The notes: generated by a model from the letters alone, not told the origin. 17,370 nucleotides of DNA from Polyangiales bacterium (GCA_038230375.1 JBBRNJ010000125.1:1-17370), one strand, 5' to 3'; positions 1 through 10,200 are shown, numbered from the stretch's first letter. Made by a program: numbers and translations.

Positions 1-2092
1 GCTCGTACGCGGCGTCGTCGTGCGGCATGCGAGACAGCGCCTGCCCGAGCGCCGCCAGCCACGCGGCGTCGGCCTGCGCGGGCAGCTTGATGCGTGCGGC
101 CAGGCGTGCGGCCGCCGCGCGATCGAACGTGCGCGCGAGATGATCGAAGACGCTGGCGACCGCGCTCTGCGTACCCATCAGCAGCAGCGCCTCTGCCGCG
201 CGCTCGCAGATGAGCGGATCCGCGTCGCTCATGGCGTGCGTGAGGACCGCCTCGGGGCCGTGACACCGCCCCAGCGCAATGACAGCCTGCTCGCGAACAC
301 GCGGCGAGTGATCGTCCACGAGCGCGGCGAGCTCCCCGAGAAGCGCGGTGGCCCCGGCGACGCCAGCGACGCGGGCTGCGGCCGCGCGAATCCGCGCGTC
401 GTCGGACGCGAGCAGCTTGGGAAGTCGGTCGTGCACGCGCGCAAGTGATGGCGGGGGTTGTGACGGCGGATGGGCGCTCGGTTCCGACTCCGGCGTGCCC
501 TCTGACCTGCCGTCTGCTCGTGGAGCCGACACCGCGGATTTCTCGATGGCACGGCTCGCCGCGAAGAGCGCGTCCGGATCATCCTCGCGGTTCCAGAGGA
601 ACACCAGGTCGGCGAAGCGCGTAGGCGACGCGACCTCCGTGAGCGCAACGAACGCTGCGACGCGAAGGTCAGGACGCGTGGACTCCGTGCGCGCCAGCTC
701 CGTGAGCTCTGGCACCAGCGACGCCGCGTCCAGGTTGCCGGCGACGTACGCCGCGCGCTTGCGCACGGTGGGGTCCTGATCTGCGAGCGCGCGCTTCACC
801 CATGCCTCCGCGCGCGTCCGCTCCGCGCCACCGAGCCTGCCGGGCCGCGTGGTCAACTGCAAGGCCCACAAGAGCGCGCCGCGCAGCACCGGAGACGCCG
901 CATCCCAGAGCGGCGCGAGCTGGTCGAGAACGTACTCCGGCGGAGCGAACGCGCCGATGGTACGCGCCGCGGCAGCGCGCACGGGATCATCGGAGGGCGG
1001 ACCAGCATCTGGGCGACACAGCTCGCAGAGTGCATCGCGCTCCCATGCCTCGTTCGCCTCGATCGCGCCGACCGCACGGGCACGTACGGCGAGCGCCACG
1101 GACTCGTCCTTGGCGATGCGGAGCAAGAGGCGCGTCACCTCGGGCGCGCGCACCTCCGCGACGATCTGGACGATACCCTCCGGATCATCCGAGAAAAGAA
1201 GCTCAGCCTGCTCCAGCACCGCCGCCACCGGCAACGTGCGCAGCCTGCGCGCCAGTGCCGAGCGCACGGCCCGATCCGTCTCCGTGAGCGCGGAGAGGAT
1301 CCGCTCGTCGGGATCGTTCTTGCGCTCGGCCTTGAACGCGCGCGACGCGAGGCCAGCGATGATGCGCGTGTCCGCGTCCTCGTCCCGGGCCAGCGCGCGG
1401 AGCGTGGGGAGCACCTCTTCGCGTCCCACCTCTGCAAGGTACCGCGCCGCAGCGACCTTCACCCTGGGTGGCGGATCAGTGCCGAGGAGCAGCAGCGCCG
1501 CATCACAGCCCGCGCGCGAACGGATCTCCATCAGCGCGGAGAGCGCGCACACCGCCTCCTCCGCACCAAGCCGCACGAACGGCACGAGCCGCGTGGCCGC
1601 GCTCTCTGCGCCCATGCGTCCCAGCGCGGCGATCGCGGCAAGGCGAAGGCGCGGAGGGCAGAGGTCCGTCAGGAACTCCTGGGCGATGAGCTCCTCGAGT
1701 GCGGGAAATCCAAGGCCCCCGGCCGCGGAGATGGCGGCGGCGACCACGGACTCGTCGTCGTCGGAGAGGCGGCTGTGGACGAACGGCATGAGCCACACAT
1801 TGCGGAACCCGCGGCCCATGGCGTGGAGCAGGTCGATCTTCTCGGTGGCCGCGTCGGCCTCGCGCGCAACGGAGAGCAGCGCGAACGCCGCCCGCTCCGC
1901 GATGTCCCAGGGAACGCCGAGCTCGCGACCGGACAGCGCGCCCAGCCCGTAACACGCCTCCGCCCGGAGCGCCGTGGTCCGCGCCTCCGTGGCGGCGGAT
2001 ACCAGCGCGGACAGGGCCTGCTCCGGGTTGAGCTTGCCCTCTTCGAGCCCGCGGAGCCCACGTAGCCCAGAAATCTTGTTGTCCGTGCTCAT
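1..2092 (-). CDS. HEAT-repeat (PBS lyase-like) alpha-solenoid protein, >=697 aa, 3' end runs off the window
   Basis: Hand translation from ATG at 2092 (MSTDNKISGLRGLRGLEEGKLNPEQAL...) stays open to position 2. Repeated HEAT-like units: LSDDDESVVAAAISAAGGLG, RLRLAAIAALGRMG, LARDEDADTRIIA, ALADQDPTVRKRAAYVAGNL, LLASDDARIRAAAARVAG, LVDDHSPRVREQAVIALG, AMSDADPLICERAAEALLLMG. Missing from the ORF track because there is no stop in the window. Confidence 0.85.
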   Translation of the reverse strand, partial: MSTDNKISGLRGLRGLEEGKLNPEQALSALVSAATEARTTALRAEACYGLGALSGRELGVPWDIAERAAFALLSVAREADAATEKIDLLHAMGRGFRNVWLMPFVHSRLSDDDESVVAAAISAAGGLGFPALEELIAQEFLTDLCPPRLRLAAIAALGRMGAESAATRLVPFVRLGAEEAVCALSALMEIRSRAGCDAALLLLGTDPPPRVKVAAARYLAEVGREEVLPTLRALARDEDADTRIIAGLASRAFKAERKNDPDERILSALTETDRAVRSALARRLRTLPVAAVLEQAELLFSDDPEGIVQIVAEVRAPEVTRLLLRIAKDESVALAVRARAVGAIEANEAWERDALCELCRPDAGPPSDDPVRAAAARTIGAFAPPEYVLDQLAPLWDAASPVLRGALLWALQLTTRPGRLGGAERTRAEAWVKRALADQDPTVRKRAAYVAGNLDAASLVPELTELARTESTRPDLRVAAFVALTEVASPTRFADLVFLWNREDDPDALFAASRAIEKSAVSAPRADGRSEGTPESEPSAHPPSQPPPSLARVHDRLPKLLASDDARIRAAAARVAGVAGATALLGELAALVDDHSPRVREQAVIALGRCHGPEAVLTHAMSDADPLICERAAEALLLMGTQSAVASVFDHLARTFDRAAAARLAARIKLPAQADAAWLAALGQALSRMPHDDAAYE

Positions 2093-2285
2093 GGGGGTCG
2101 CACCCGAGCGTACAACGCAAGGAAGGCCCATGGAACGCCGTGCAAAAAAGGAGTGCCGGGGGAGGAAGGGGAAGGGAATAATGCTGTGGTTTGCTTGGTA
2201 AACGAAAGCGGTCTACCGTTCTGTTCGCGCAAAATTGCGCGCAACCTTCCACGCCTTTTCCTCCTGCCACACCCTGGAGTCCGCC

Positions 2286-3122
2286 GTGAGCCCTGCCACC
2301 GAAGTCAACCTGGTCATGCTGCGCGAGCTCCGGAGGAATTTCCGGAGCGTCAAAGGGATCATCCTGAGCGTCATTGCGCTCATCGGTGGCACGGGCGCAT
2401 CGCTGCTCCTCGTGAAGTTCCAGGAGTTCAAGCGAACGCAGTTCGCCGACATGAGCCCCGAAGACATGACGGCGATCCGCGAGAAGGGCCTCTCGCAGGT
2501 CTACGACACCGACACGGCGAAGAGCCTGTCCACGTCGCCCGAAGTGCTCTTCGCCGTCCTGATGCTCACCATCTGGCTCACGCCGCTCATCATCTCCATG
2601 CTCGGCTACGACACCGTCGCGTCCGACGTGCAGTACCGCAGCGTGCGCTACTGGTCGGTGCGCGCGCGCCGCTGGTCGTACTTCCTGGGGAAGTTCGTGG
2701 GCCTCTTCCTCACCATCTCCGCCATCACGCTCGCCATGCACGCCCTCGTGTGGGTCGTCTGCATCGCTCGCGGTGAGGCCAGCGCCGGCGCCACGTTCGG
2801 CTGGGGCATTCGCTTCTGGGCCACCACGCTTCCGATGAGCGCGGCCTGGTGTGCGATCGCCACGTTCATCAGCGCGCTCTTCCGCGTGCCGATCTGGGCG
2901 CTGCTCGTGACCATGGCTGGCTTCTTCGGGCTCTGGCTTCTCTGGGTCATCGGCGTTGCCGGCGACTGGCCTGCGTTCACGTACGTGTACCCGAACACCT
3001 ACGACAAGTTCCTGCTCTCGCCCCACGCCTGGCGGGCCATCACCGGCGTCGGCGGTTGCGCGGCGATAGCGGCCGTTGCGGTCGGTGCCGGAATGACCGT
3101 CTTCGCGCGGAAGGACATCTGA
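2286..3122 (+). CDS. ABC-2 type transporter permease subunit
   Basis: Several hydrophobic TM segments; N-terminal 'RELRRNFRS' and 'GYDTVASDVQYRSVRYWSVRARRWSYFLGKF' resemble ABC-2 permease motifs; C-terminal 'FARKDI'. Start placed at GTG 2286 after GGAG (2276-2279) rather than TTG 2235. Confidence 0.85.
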   Translation: MSPATEVNLVMLRELRRNFRSVKGIILSVIALIGGTGASLLLVKFQEFKRTQFADMSPEDMTAIREKGLSQVYDTDTAKSLSTSPEVLFAVLMLTIWLTPLIISMLGYDTVASDVQYRSVRYWSVRARRWSYFLGKFVGLFLTISAITLAMHALVWVVCIARGEASAGATFGWGIRFWATTLPMSAAWCAIATFISALFRVPIWALLVTMAGFFGLWLLWVIGVAGDWPAFTYVYPNTYDKFLLSPHAWRAITGVGGCAAIAAVAVGAGMTVFARKDI

Positions 3123-4297
3123 TGAGCGCCGAAGCCGAGCAGACGGAGAAGCCCAAGGCCGCGGAGCCTGCGCCCGCAGCGCCGGAGAAGGTGGAAGCGG
3201 CCAAGGTCGAGGACAAGGTCGCGGCCAAGGATGATGGGAACGAGGCTGGCGACAAGGAGGATGGTGACAATCCGTATCTTGCCGTGGCGAACAAGCCCGA
3301 GGTGGAGGTCAAGAAGAAGGGCGGCAAGAAGAAGCGCGAGGTCGAGATCGCCGTTCGCCTCACCCAGGTCACGAAGCGCTTCGGCGCGAAGACTGCGGTC
3401 GACGGCGTGACCATGAAGATCAAGGCGGGGCTCGTGTACGGTCTCATCGGTCCGAACGGCGCCGGCAAGACCACCACGTTCTCCATGATGGCGGGCTATC
3501 TGAAGCCGACCGAAGGCGCGATCGAGATGCTCGGCTTCGCGCCTACCTCCGTGGACGAGCTGCGCTCTCGCGTCGGCGTGCTTCCGCAGGATGCGATCCT
3601 TCCCGCGAGTGACACCGTGGGAGAGTTCCTGCTCCACATGGCGCGCCTCCAGGACATCCCGAAGGACAAGGCGGAGACCGCCGCGCGCGAGGTGCTCGCA
3701 GAGGTCGACGGCCGCGACTGGTGGAAGCTCCGTTGCTCCAGCCTCTCGCACGGCATGGCCAAGCGCGTGTCGCTCGCGCAGGCGATCATGGGCGAGCCAG
3801 AGGTCGTGCTCCTGGACGAGCCCACGGCCGGCCTCGATCCGCGAATCGCCTACGAAGTGCGGCAGATCGTGAAGTCACGACGCGGGCGTTGCACGCTCAT
3901 CGTCTCCAGCCACAACCTGCAGGAGCTCGAGGAGATCTGCGACGCGGCCATCATCCTGGATCGCGGGCGCGTCGTCGCGCACGGAACCATCCAGGAGCTC
4001 ACCGCCGCGAGCGAGGAGATCCACGTCAAGCTTGCGCCCATGGTCGCGGATTACCGCACTGGTGACGCCGCGCCGTCGCTCAGCGCGGCGATCGCCGGCG
4101 TGCGCGACCTGCCCATGGTGAAGCGCGTCGAGTTCGACGAAGAGAAGTACGAGCTCGTCGTCCACTTCGAGAAGAAGACTGTCGACGCGGAGACCGTCAT
4201 CGGCGGTGTGTTGTGGGTGCTGCTCAACCACCGGGCGCGCATCAGCTCCGTATCGAAGGGACGCGGCCTCGAGCAGCGCGTCATGGAGCTGACCTAA
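3122..4297 (+). CDS. ABC transporter ATP-binding protein (ABC-2/exporter type)
   Basis: Walker A GPNGAGKTT, Q-loop LPQD, signature variant LSHGM, Walker B/D-loop VLLDEPTAGLD, H-loop SSHNL. ATG 3122 overlaps the permease stop (TGATG). Confidence 0.93.
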   Translation: MSAEAEQTEKPKAAEPAPAAPEKVEAAKVEDKVAAKDDGNEAGDKEDGDNPYLAVANKPEVEVKKKGGKKKREVEIAVRLTQVTKRFGAKTAVDGVTMKIKAGLVYGLIGPNGAGKTTTFSMMAGYLKPTEGAIEMLGFAPTSVDELRSRVGVLPQDAILPASDTVGEFLLHMARLQDIPKDKAETAAREVLAEVDGRDWWKLRCSSLSHGMAKRVSLAQAIMGEPEVVLLDEPTAGLDPRIAYEVRQIVKSRRGRCTLIVSSHNLQELEEICDAAIILDRGRVVAHGTIQELTAASEEIHVKLAPMVADYRTGDAAPSLSAAIAGVRDLPMVKRVEFDEEKYELVVHFEKKTVDAETVIGGVLWVLLNHRARISSVSKGRGLEQRVMELT

Positions 4298-4310
4298 GAG
4301 CCAGCCTGGT

Positions 4311-5804
4311 TTGACTGTCCGAACGTTGGCTATTCACAGCGGTCGGCGTCGCCGGCTCGTACCCTGCCTCCTCGCCGCGCTGTGCGCCCTCTCCTTCGGG
4401 AAGAGCGCACGCGCCGAGGTGAGCGAGGCCGCGCCGCGCCGTGACGAGGCCTTCGACATCATGAACGTGCTCGCGCATCGCGGCCTGCACGACCTCAAGG
4501 ACGAGCGCTGGAATCTGTACGGCCAGGCCACGTGGATCGGCAGCTACAAGCAGGCGTTCCATGCAGACTACACCAATCTGAACGGCAGTACGAACTCGCT
4601 CCTGCCGACGGCGGAGCAGAGCTTCACGGGCAGCTTCACGTTCTACGTGGGCGCGCGCCTGTGGAAGGGCGCAGAGCTGTACTGGGTGCCTGAGGTGATC
4701 GCGGAGCGAGCGCTCTCGCACCTGGCGGGGCTCGGCAGCACCATCCAGAACTTCGAGCTTCAGAAGACCGGCGCGCCGTCCGCAAGCGCGTACTCCTCGC
4801 GCATCTTCCTGCGCCAGACGTTCTCGCTCGGCGGCGAGAAGGAAGAGAAGACGTCAGACCCGCAGCAGCTGGCCACGACGGAGACGGCGCGCCGCATCGT
4901 GCTCACAGCGGGCAACTTCAGCGTCCTGGACTTCTTCGACAAGAACTCGTTCTCAGGCGACCTTCGCCGCCAGTTCTTGAACATGGCGTTTCTCACGTAC
5001 GCGGCGTACGACTTTGCCGCGGACGCACGAGGCTACGCGTGGGGCGGCGTGGCGGAGCTGTACTGGGACAAGTTCTCCGTTCGCTTCGGCCGCTTCACGA
5101 CACCGAAGGACCCGAACCAGCTCGACGTCGACTACCGGCTCGACAAGTTCTACGGCGACCAGGCGGAGATCGAGCACAATCACACGCTCTTCGGGAAGGC
5201 CGGCGCCGTGCGCATCCTGGGCTACTCCAACCGCGAGAACATGGGCAGCTTCGAGGATGCGACGAGCATTCACGCGCAGGACCGCACGAAGAACGCGACC
5301 ACGTGCAACACGTTCAACTACGGCTCGAAGAACACCTCCGCACCCGACCTGTGCTGGGCGCGGCGACCGCAGAACAAGGTGGGCATCGGCATCAACATGG
5401 AGCAGCGCGTGACGGACGACATCGGCGTGTTCTTCCGTGCGATGTACTCGGACGGGCGCACGGAGGTCTACTCGTACACGTCCACGGACCGCTCGTTCTC
5501 GTTCGGCGTGAACGCGCACGGAGCGCAGTGGCATCGCCCGCTCGACATCACGGGCGTGGGCATGGGCATTGGCCTCATCTCGGACACGCACGCCACGTTC
5601 CTGAACCAGGGCGGCATCGACGGCTTCATCGGCGACGGAAAGATCAACGTGGCGCCGGAGAGCGTGAACGAGATCTTCTACAGCGTGAACGTCTCGTCGA
5701 ACGCATGGCTCACCGGCGACTACCAGCGCATCACGAACCCGGCGTACAACGCGGACCGCGGACCGGTCGACATCTTCGGTGCCCGCTTCCACGCGGAGTT
5801 CTGA
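4311..5804 (+). CDS. OprB-family carbohydrate porin / MnoP-like outer-membrane beta-barrel
   Basis: Signal peptide (RRRRLVPCLLAALCALSFGKSARA|E). Motifs 'YVGARLWKGAELYWVPEV', 'FDKNSFSGDLRRQFLN', 'AYDFAADARGY', 'DYQRITNPAYNADRGPV' and C-terminal Phe (RFHAEF) are typical of this porin family. Start codon uncertain (TTG). Confidence 0.8.
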   Translation: MTVRTLAIHSGRRRRLVPCLLAALCALSFGKSARAEVSEAAPRRDEAFDIMNVLAHRGLHDLKDERWNLYGQATWIGSYKQAFHADYTNLNGSTNSLLPTAEQSFTGSFTFYVGARLWKGAELYWVPEVIAERALSHLAGLGSTIQNFELQKTGAPSASAYSSRIFLRQTFSLGGEKEEKTSDPQQLATTETARRIVLTAGNFSVLDFFDKNSFSGDLRRQFLNMAFLTYAAYDFAADARGYAWGGVAELYWDKFSVRFGRFTTPKDPNQLDVDYRLDKFYGDQAEIEHNHTLFGKAGAVRILGYSNRENMGSFEDATSIHAQDRTKNATTCNTFNYGSKNTSAPDLCWARRPQNKVGIGINMEQRVTDDIGVFFRAMYSDGRTEVYSYTSTDRSFSFGVNAHGAQWHRPLDITGVGMGIGLISDTHATFLNQGGIDGFIGDGKINVAPESVNEIFYSVNVSSNAWLTGDYQRITNPAYNADRGPVDIFGARFHAEF

Positions 5805-5808
5805 TGCG

Positions 5809-7098
5809 TCACTTGGCGATGCGGAGGATGTCTCCGTCACCCGTCGTGAGGTAGATGAACGCTCCAGCGACAGCCGCCGGGTAAGGCACGTAGAGAGACG
5901 TGGACGAGTACTCCAGCTCGCCGGCGCCGCCGCACTTGCTCGTGGAGCGGAGCGTGAAGCTGATGCCGGCATTCGTGTTCTGGAACCAGTAGAGCCGCTC
6001 GGAGTCCGCAGTGAGCGTGCGGACCGTTCGGCCATTTCCCTTGGAGACCACCGTTGCGGTGGCCGGGAAAGTGGCGTCGACGGGGAAGCGCTTGATGTCT
6101 CCGGACACCGCCTCGGCGAAGTAGACGAACTGGTTGTCGGCGACGAGGAGCTGCGTGGGCATGCCCCCATACCAGTCAGCGTCAAGGAGGTGACTTGGCT
6201 GGCTCTTCGCCACGTCGTAGCGGTAGATCTCGGCGCGGCTCTGGTAGGTCGATGCGTCCGTCGCAGCGTCGAAGCCCGCGTCGCCTGCGTACCGGGCAAC
6301 GAAGAACGCGTTGCGACCGTCGGGCGTCACGGTGACGTCCGTTGCCCCGAGTACGTTCGGCAACGAGATGACCTGCGTCCCGTCGTTCTTGTAATCGGTG
6401 AATGTGTTGGGCTGGGTGGTCTCGAACACGTGGCCACCGCCCGCGGCCAGCATCCCCGGCGCACCCATCGGCCCATGGAAGAGGGTGAGGGGGCCACCGC
6501 CCAGCGGAGCGGTGTATACCTGCCCGAAGGTGCGCACGTAGACGCGATCGGCGACGGTCGCGTGGTAGATGGCGCGAAAGACCTCGGCGTCGGGAATGGT
6601 GCCGAGGAAAGTCGAGGCGTCCAGGTCTGCGCCGAGCGGCGCGGCGTACACGTCGTCAAGGGAGTTGTAGTAGAAGAGGCTTCCGCTCGCGATCCCGATC
6701 AGCCTCGTGCCCGGCGCCGACAGCGCCACTGCCTTGCAATGGCCCGCCCCATCGCACTGCGAATCGAGGCAGTCGTGCGCGCACCATCCACAGTTCTTCG
6801 AATCGTTCGCGAGGTCCAGGCCCGTCCCACCCAACGGACCCGAGCAGGTCTGGTCCTTCAGGCTGCTCGGGGGCTGCACGGACGCGGCGTCGAAGGTCGT
6901 GCAGGAGAACGTCGACGCGGAGTCACCGGACTTCGCATCTGTGATCGCGCCGTCCACCGCGCGTCCATCGGTCGCGGTTCCATCGCTCGCGGCGTCCTCC
7001 ACGTTGGGTGAGTCGTTCCCGGAGAACGAGCCGCAGGCGAGCGTCAGCAGCCCCGCCTCCACAGCGATCCCGACAACCAGCCACCTGCGTGAACCCAT
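5809..7098 (-). CDS. Putative lipoprotein with Cys-rich (DxxNCGxCxxxC) module and C-terminal beta-propeller-like region
   Basis: Lipobox LTLA-C, D/A-rich linker, 'DSKNCGWCAHDCLDSQC', then blade-like repeats 'LVADNQFVYFAE', 'LTADSERLYWFQ', 'AVAGAFIYLTT...DILRIAK'. Confidence 0.7.
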   Translation of the reverse strand: MGSRRWLVVGIAVEAGLLTLACGSFSGNDSPNVEDAASDGTATDGRAVDGAITDAKSGDSASTFSCTTFDAASVQPPSSLKDQTCSGPLGGTGLDLANDSKNCGWCAHDCLDSQCDGAGHCKAVALSAPGTRLIGIASGSLFYYNSLDDVYAAPLGADLDASTFLGTIPDAEVFRAIYHATVADRVYVRTFGQVYTAPLGGGPLTLFHGPMGAPGMLAAGGGHVFETTQPNTFTDYKNDGTQVISLPNVLGATDVTVTPDGRNAFFVARYAGDAGFDAATDASTYQSRAEIYRYDVAKSQPSHLLDADWYGGMPTQLLVADNQFVYFAEAVSGDIKRFPVDATFPATATVVSKGNGRTVRTLTADSERLYWFQNTNAGISFTLRSTSKCGGAGELEYSSTSLYVPYPAAVAGAFIYLTTGDGDILRIAK

Positions 7099-7161
7099 CT
7101 GACGAAGATTCTAGGCGTTTTTTGGGCAAATCACATCGTTCAGCAGAATTGCTTGGGAGCC

Positions 7162-7191
7162 TTGACGGAAACGTTCCGGGGGTGGATATTT
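7162..7191 (+). promoter_or_regulatory. Possible sigma70-type promoter with overlapping palindrome upstream of the MFE-2-like gene
   Basis: TTGACG at 7162-7167, 17-18 nt spacer, GATATT(T) at 7185-7191; inverted repeat CGGAA-acg-TTCCG at 7166-7178. Confidence 0.3.
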
Positions 7192-7250
7192 CGCGTGCGA
7201 AGCATTATTGGTTTCTTGCTCGCTCGCACCCACCATTTTCGAGGTTTCCC

Positions 7251-10200
7251 ATGTCGGATCTCCGCTTCGACGGTCGCGTCGCCATCATCACGGGCGCAGG
7301 CAACGGTCTCGGTCGCGCACACGCGCTCCTTCTCGCGTCGCGTGGCTGCAAGGTCGTCGTGAACGATCTGGGCGGCGCGGCGACGGGCGGAGGCAAGTCC
7401 AGCGCTGCCGCCGACAAGGTGGTGGAGGAGATCAAGGCCGCGGGCGGCGAGGCCGTCGCGAACTACGACTCCGTGGAGGACGGCGACAAGGTCGTGCAGA
7501 CCGCGCTCGACACGTGGAAGCGCATCGACATCCTGGTGAACAACGCCGGCATCCTTCGCGACACGTCGTTCGTGAAGATGACCGACGAGGACTGGGACCT
7601 CATCATCCGCGTCCACGTTCGCGGCGCGTACAAGACCACGAAGGCCGCATGGGACCACATGCGCAACGCGAACTACGGCCGCGTGATCTTCACCGCGAGC
7701 GCCGCCGGCATCTACGGCAACTTCGGCCAGACGAACTACGCGGCCGCGAAGATGGGCGTCATCGGCCTGTCGAACACGCTCGCGCTCGAGGGCAAGAAGT
7801 ACGGCATCCAGGTGAACACGATCGCGCCGATCGCCGCCTCGCGCCTCACCGAGACGGTCGCGGGCATGAAGGATCTCCTGCCCAAGCTGAACCCCGAGTA
7901 CGTCTCGCCGCTGGTCGCATGGCTCACGAACGAGGCATGCCAGGACACGGGCGGGCTGTTCGAGGTCGGCGGTGGCGTGTTCACCAAGCTGCGCTGGGAG
8001 CGCACGAAGGGCAAGGCGCTGAAGCTTGGCCGCACGATCCAGCCGGAGCAGGTGCAGAAGGCCTGGGCCGACGTGACCAACTTCGCGAACGCCGATCACC
8101 CGACGGACATCATGAGCTCCATGCAGCCCGTGCTTTCGAACCTGGACACCAAGGCGCTGGGCGGAAATGAGTTCATCGATGTGGACGCGGGACTCGGGTA
8201 CGAGTTCCCGCCCGTGAAGACCAGGTACGACGAGCGTGACCTGGCGCTCTACGCGCTGGGCGTTGGCGCCGCGAAGAATCCGCTCTCGGACGATCTCCAG
8301 TTCGTCTACGAGATGGGCGCAGGCTTCCAGGCGATCCCCACGTTCGCGGTCGTGCCCGCGCTCAACATGGTCTTCGAGGCTGCGAAGAAGGGCGAACAAG
8401 CGCCCGGCATGAACTACGGCTTCGAGCGCATCCTCCACGGCGAGCAGTACACGGAGCTCTTCTACCCGCTCGCGCCGAACGCCACGCTCACCCACAAGGC
8501 GAAGATCAAGGACATCTTCGACAAGGGCAAGAACGCGCTCGTCGTGATGGAGATCAACACGTACGACGAGGACGGCAACAAGGTCTTCAAGAACGAGGTC
8601 ACCACGTTCGTGCGTGGCGCGGGCGGCTGGGGCGGCGATCGCGGACCGTCTGCGGACATCAACGTTCCGCCGCAGCGTCCTGCCGACGTGACGGCAGAGG
8701 ACAAGCTGGATGAGAACCAGGCGCTCCTCTATCGCCTCTCCGGCGACATCAACCCGCTGCACGCAGACCCCGAGTTTGCGCAGAATTTCGGCTTCAAGAA
8801 GCCCATTTTGCATGGACTCTGCACGTATGGCTTCGCTGCGCGCAACGTCATCAAGGCGTTCGCGAAGAACGACGGCCGCCTCTTCAAGAGCATCAAGGCT
8901 CGCTTCTCCGCCAGCGTGTTCCCGGGCGAGACCCTGGTCACCGAGATGTGGAAGGAGAGCGACGAGCGCATCGTGTTCCGCGTGCTGGTGAAGGAGCGCG
9001 GTGAGGTCGTCATCTCCAACGCTGCCATCGAGCTCTACAAGGAGATCCCGAAGAAGCCGGCGAAGGCCGTCGCGGCGGCTCCTCCTGCTTCGGCTTCCGG
9101 TGGTGCTGCTGCAAGCGGTCCGTCCGGCCCCCCGACCAGCGGCGAGGCGTTCGCGGTGATCGCGGACTACATCGGCAAGAACGCGGGCCTGGCAAAGGAC
9201 GTCGGCAAGACGTTCCTCTTCAAGCTCTCGGGCCCGGACAGCGCGTGGACGATCGATCTGAAGGCCGGCGCGGGCAGCGTGGCCTCGGGCGGAACCACCG
9301 CCGACTGCACGCTGGAGATGAGCGACGCGGACTTCTGCGACATGGTCGCTGGCAAGGCCGACGCGATGAAGCTCTACATGGGCAAGAAGCTCAAGATCGG
9401 CGGCGACATCATGGCGTCGCAGAAGCTCATGTTCCTGAAGAACATCGATCCCGCTGCTGCGGCTGGTGTCGTCGCGAAGCTGCGCGGTGCAGGTGGCGGG
9501 GCGAGCGCGGGTGGCGGCGGCGCGGCTGCTCCGAGCGGGGAGCCTACGAGCGGCGAGGCGTTCGCGGTCATTGCAGACTACATCGGCAAGAATGGTGGTC
9601 TCGCGAAGGACGTGGGCAAGACGTTCCTCTTCAAGCTGTCCGAGCCAGACAGCGCATGGACGATCGACCTGAAGACTGGCGCTGGAAGCGTCACGTCAGG
9701 TGGAACCACGGCAGACTGCACCCTGGAGATGAGCGACGCGGACTTCCGCGACATGGTCGCCGGCAAGGCCGACGCGATGAAGCTCTACATGGGCAAGAAG
9801 CTCAAGATCGGTGGCGACATCATGGCGTCGCAGAAGCTCATGTTCCTGAAGAGCATCGACCCGAAGGCCGCGGCCGACGTCGTCGCGAAGCTTCGCGGCG
9901 CTTCAGGTGGTGGCGGTGGGGCGGCGGCGGGTGGTGCGGCGAAGGCAGCTCCGACCGCACCGGCTGCTCCGAAGGAGCCGAAGGCGCCGGGGATCCTGAA
10001 GGCGCTCGCGGAGCGCCTCTCGAAGGACAAGGCGCTCGCGGCGGAGGTGAACGCGGTGATCGCGCTCAAGGTCTCCGATCTGGGCAAGGCATGGACGCTC
10101 GACTTCAAGAGCGGCTCGATCAAGGAAGGCGCCGATGCCTCCGCGACCACGACCGTGTCGCTCGACGACGCATCGCTGGTCGCGCTCACCAAGGGCGAGA

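Noticed and set aside
20..2065. Plus-strand ORFs such as 849-1952, 802-1287 and 348-779
   Set aside because: Ser/Ala/Arg-rich shadows of the minus-strand HEAT gene, as expected in high-GC DNA.
2140..2245. Riboswitch or ncRNA in the HEAT/ABC intergenic region (GGTAAACGAAAGCGGTCTACC; palindrome TTGCGCGCAA)
   Set aside because: Only short hairpins with no recognisable aptamer consensus; an Rfam cmscan would be needed.
7008..7250. 81-aa N-terminal extension of the MFE-2-like ORF
   Set aside because: Overlaps the divergent lipoprotein gene and its promoter region; ATG 7251 has an RBS and matches the SDR start.
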